A stretch of 64,000 nt of DNA, from assembly GCA_964016885.1 (NCBI GenBank), contig CAXHJY010001044.1, forward strand, positions 15,196 through 79,195. Reading direction: 5' to 3'. Within the stretch, counting starts at the first letter, position 1; the number at the start of each line of letters is the position of its first letter. This DNA comes from Eledone cirrhosa (Eukaryota). A program made the position numbers and the translations under genes. Below the pieces are notes generated by a model. That model was given only the letters and a program-made list of their open reading frames with translations, was not told the origin of the DNA and made no database searches. Shown here piece after piece: positions 58,684-64,000 of this stretch.

Positions 58684-59744
58684 ATATATACTACAGTTGT
58701 AACTGAATATCTAGGCTGTATAATTTCCACGAGTAGCAGACGATGCAGAGAATGTAATGAGGTAGAAAAGGAGGGATAAAAAAATATGTAAATGAAGAAT
58801 ATAAATTACTTGGAGAATTGATGAAATCTATCTCATTGGGGGTAATCCCAAAATAATTAAATTCGTCGTAGTATTGATACATGCAGATGTATGTATGTAT
58901 GTATGTATATATATATATATACATACATACATATATGTATACATATTTATACACACACATAATATATATATATTTGTGTGTATATATATATATGTTCATA
59001 ATTGCGCACATACATACATAAATACACACGCACATACACACACATACACACATATATATATATATATATACTTACAATAAAAGTTGACATATTGTTTTTA
59101 AAAATATGACAATATTTAATCTCATAAGTATGAGAAATGTTCCTCTGATTGATTTCTCAGATTACTGTTCAATATTTACTGATATTATTTTACAAATTCT
59201 CTATAATCAATATTTAATACATTATATATCTCATTTATGTTCATTGTTACATTGGGATTTGTTTCATTTCGTTGATTCCAGTTTCCAGAATAGAGAATTG
59301 AAGAAGTTGTAGTTTTTTTTTAAGTAGACGTAGAATTAGCTTTAAGGTGAAGAAGTTCTTATAAGTTATTCCATTTGAAGCAGAGATGTCTTAATTTGAT
59401 TTCGCGTCTCTACTTTGCAGTATAACTCCATCGCTTTGCAACTACTGTAGGCTCGAGTTAATCAATGTCTCTTAAGATGGAATTTGGTAGTTGGAAATTG
59501 TGCAAAAATCAATCATATATACAAATGTCGGCAGAAAATGTCATAGCCTGGCCAAGATACTTTTAAGGAATTACTAAAAAGAGGTTTATTCTTAAACATA
59601 GTCCCTGGAAAGACACAATGCAGTTATTAATAATAGTTGAAATTATACATGTACTATTTCGCAGGTCTAGCATCACTTCTTAATAGTCAGCCTATGAACC
59701 TTTCAGCCTAATTTCTTATGTAATGCATAGGCAATGTCAACAGT

Positions 59745-59930
59745 GAGGGCACGTGGTTTAATGGTCAAGGGTCCTAAGTTCACTATTGTAAGGTCGTTAT
59801 CTTAATTCATGGTGCTACAGTCTATTCAGATGGTGAACATATTTTATACCTGTAATACAAGAGGACCAGCCTTAACACACTCTATCAGGCAGAATCTCTC
59901 TCCGTGTTTATGGAGGCTGTCCACTTGCTT
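59745..59930 (+). mobile_element. Degenerate tRNA-derived SINE (second family)
   Basis: GGGCACGTGGTTTAATGGTCAAGG A-box-like head. Body is shared with 18595-18802. Confidence 0.6.
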
Positions 59931-60308
59931 TCCTCTCTAGGGGTATTTTGCCTGATCTTCTAAGGTATTAGTTATTGCAATCGACTGTGGTTACAGTTAA
60001 TTTCTACGTTTGGGATTCTCCCATCTCCAAAAAGCTCACTGCTTCGGTAATAAACACGATAACGCCTCTCTTTTTTTGTCTGCGTCTCTTTCTCTCTATC
60101 TCTCTCTCCCTCTCTCCCTCCCCCTTTCTCTCTCCCTCCTCCCTCCCCCCCCTTTCTCCCCCCCCCCCTCTCTCTCGCTCTCAGTATGTATATACAAGGA
60201 ATCTTGCCTGTGCTTATATATATATATATGCAATATTGATGTGTGAATATCTATCTATCTATCCATATGAATATATATATATATATAATATATACATATA
60301 TATGTATA

Positions 60309-60342
<34 letters not shown>

Positions 60343-60947
60343 ATGTGTGTGTGTGTGTGAATGTAAGGAATTACAAAAGCTTGTAGAGAAATCATGAAAT
60401 CACACCATAAAGAATATTAATAAAAGAGGTGTGGGGTCTGGTGTGGTCTGGTGGTGGGTTGATATGGCGGTGGGGGTTGTCACGTTATGTAAAAAAAATA
60501 AAATAAATGTCTGCGAGTTATTATGATTTTTGTGTAAGGTAGACACAAAATCACTATTACGATGTATGATTTTTAACGATCACAGGATCGAAGCTGACCG
60601 CTTAAACACCTTCGCCACAATCTTCTTCGTTATATATATAATAATAAAAATATATATATATAAAGTAATAATTATGTTTGCACGCCTGTTTGATATTTGC
60701 TTGTTTTTTTTGGTTTGCTATTTGTGTAGTAAAGTAGGGAAATCTGCCGAGACATCTAATGTAGGAATGCCTGATAGCCATTAATCATCGTTTGATGTTT
60801 TGAAGGTAGGCAGACGACGGTAGATTTAGAAAATGATCGTTAGGGAAATAAGTGATACATTCTTCAATACAATGTATTTTCAATGATGATGAATGTATTA
60901 ATGTCTAGTTTAGCTTTCGCCTCGAACTAAACGTACGGTGTTGCACA

Positions 60948-60987
<40 letters not shown>

Positions 60988-60994
60988 AATCCCC

Positions 60995-61054
<60 letters not shown>

Positions 61055-61065
61055 CCCCCTCTCTC

Positions 61066-61108
<43 letters not shown>

Positions 61109-61501
61109 GTATGTATATATAAATCCCCCTCTCTCTGTATATATGTGTGTGTAAATATATACATACATGTAGAGAGATAGTGAGAGTACGTATTTATATA
61201 TATATATATAATACAAGCATAAAGTAGCCAAAAAAATGACAAGCACACACATATACACACATATAAACATAAATATATATATATATATATATGTGTGTAT
61301 GTGTGATTGTGTGTGTGTCACATTTACCAAGGGAATATTAACGAAGTTATCGGTAGTGTTATAGACACTATTGGTAGCACAAACAACGATAAATAAACAC
61401 GGGGAAAGCGCACTTATACATATAAACATATATTACGTATAGGTGTGCAGGATATATATATATATATATATAATCTATATATGTGTGTGTCTATATACAT
61501 A

Positions 61502-61562
<61 letters not shown>

Positions 61563-61914
61563 CAAAGAAAGAGAAATAAATTAGGAGAGCGGGTACAACG
61601 TGAATGAGAGAAACGGTCAAGTGAGATGAAACACACTGGAGAAATAACAATTTTATAAAAACGAGATGTCTGCCTAGAGTAATAAAATAAAATAAAACGC
61701 CATTCATTATATTAGGAATAATTTTAACAACTTTTCCCTGATGTAAAATAAACCATCTTTTGTACTGTTATCGCTCAAAACACTTTTAATTATGTCATCT
61801 AACTGTGTACTCCTCTCAGTGTCAAACATTTGGGGAAAACTATTCATTAAAATACAACCGTAAAATTTCCTCAATAGCGGCTTCAGGCTTCTCCACAACT
61901 GTTGTTTTCTATCA

Positions 61915-61966
61915 CTATATATATTTATACATATATATATTTTATACATATATATATATATACATA

Positions 61967-62004
<38 letters not shown>

Positions 62005-62132
62005 ATATATACATATATATATATATATATACATTATATAATAATATTTCTATAAAAAATGTTCAGACACGAGTTTGTATATATATATGTATATATATAT
62101 ATATATATACATATATATATACATATATATAC

Positions 62133-62169
<37 letters not shown>

Positions 62170-62171
62170 AC

Positions 62172-62208
<37 letters not shown>

Positions 62209-62215
62209 TATATAC

Positions 62216-62310
<95 letters not shown>

Positions 62311-62379
62311 CATATATACATATACATATATACATATATATATATACACATATATATATATACATATATATATATATAC

Positions 62380-62410
<31 letters not shown>

Positions 62411-62575
62411 CATATATACATATATACATATATACATATATACATATATACATATATACATATATATATATACATATATATATATACATATATATATAAA
62501 TATATATATATATACATATATATATATACATATATACATATATACATATATACATATATACATATATAAATATAC

Positions 62576-62606
<31 letters not shown>

Positions 62607-62721
62607 CATATAATATATATATACATATATATATATACATATATATATATACATATATATATATACATATATATATACATATATACATATATATATACAT
62701 ATATATATACATATATACATA

Positions 62722-62761
<40 letters not shown>

Positions 62762-62861
62762 TATACATATATATATATACATATATACATATATATATAT
62801 ACACATATATATACATACATACATATATACATATATATATATACACATATATATATATACA

Positions 62862-62907
<46 letters not shown>

Positions 62908-62995
62908 CATACATATATACATATATATACATACATACATATATACATATATATAATATACATATATACATATATATATATATATACATATATAC

Positions 62996-63026
<31 letters not shown>

Positions 63027-63124
63027 CATATATACATATATATATATATACATATATACATATATATATATATACATATATACATATATACATATATATA
63101 ATATATATATATATATATACATAT

Positions 63125-63178
<54 letters not shown>

Positions 63179-63231
63179 CATATATATATATATACATATA
63201 TATATATACATATATATATATACATATATAC

Positions 63232-63262
<31 letters not shown>

Positions 63263-63354
63263 CATATATATATATACATATATATATATCATACATATAT
63301 ATATATATACATATATATATATACATATATATATATATACATATATATATATAC

Positions 63355-63425
<71 letters not shown>

Positions 63426-63623
63426 TACATATATATATACATACATATATATACATATATATATATACATATATATATATACATATATATATTATACATA
63501 TATATATATACATAGATATATATACATATATACATATATAATATATACATATATATATATACATATATATATATACATATATACTATATATATACATATA
63601 TATATATACATATATATATATAC

Positions 63624-63674
<51 letters not shown>

Positions 63675-63691
63675 CATATATATATATACAT

Positions 63692-63723
<32 letters not shown>

Positions 63724-63724
63724 C

Positions 63725-63759
<35 letters not shown>

Positions 63760-63760
63760 C

Positions 63761-63852
<92 letters not shown>

Positions 63853-64000
63853 CATATATATACATATATATACATATATACATATATATACATATATATC
63901 ATATATATATACATATATATACATATATACATATATATACATATATATATATATACATATATACATATATATACTATATACATATATATATGTATATTAT
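61915..64000. repeat. (TA)n/(CATA) compound microsatellite field
   Basis: Direct inspection. Confidence 0.95.

Overview
This is AT-rich eukaryotic, non-genic or intronic DNA. The repeat families suggest an octopus or other cephalopod; that is an inference from recalled SINE families, not a database match. A large fraction is (TA)n-based compound micro/minisatellite, which produces nearly all the Tyr/Ile-rich ORFs in the track, and these are artefacts. No intact host gene is supportable. Between and inside the TA tracts lie several kinds of element. (1) At least 7 Penelope-like (PLE) terminal modules carry type I hammerhead-ribozyme (HHR) motifs. One looks essentially complete (34601-34678, minus). 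Two loci are near-perfect long inverted repeats (194-bp and 95-bp arms), and one decayed motif is linked to a GIY-YIG C-terminal remnant. (2) Three pieces of a ~0.6-kb non-autonomous RTE-like element with a C2H2-finger tail and a 3' hairpin. (3) An internally deleted Tx1/L1-clade LINE whose 5' end is triplicated. (4) Many tRNA-derived SINEs, two with clear TSDs. (5) A tRNA-Ser pseudogene with an ATA anticodon. (6) 14-, 21- and 51-bp minisatellites and several fold-back hairpins. The most interesting candidate system is the swarm of TA-embedded, ribozyme-bearing PLE modules.
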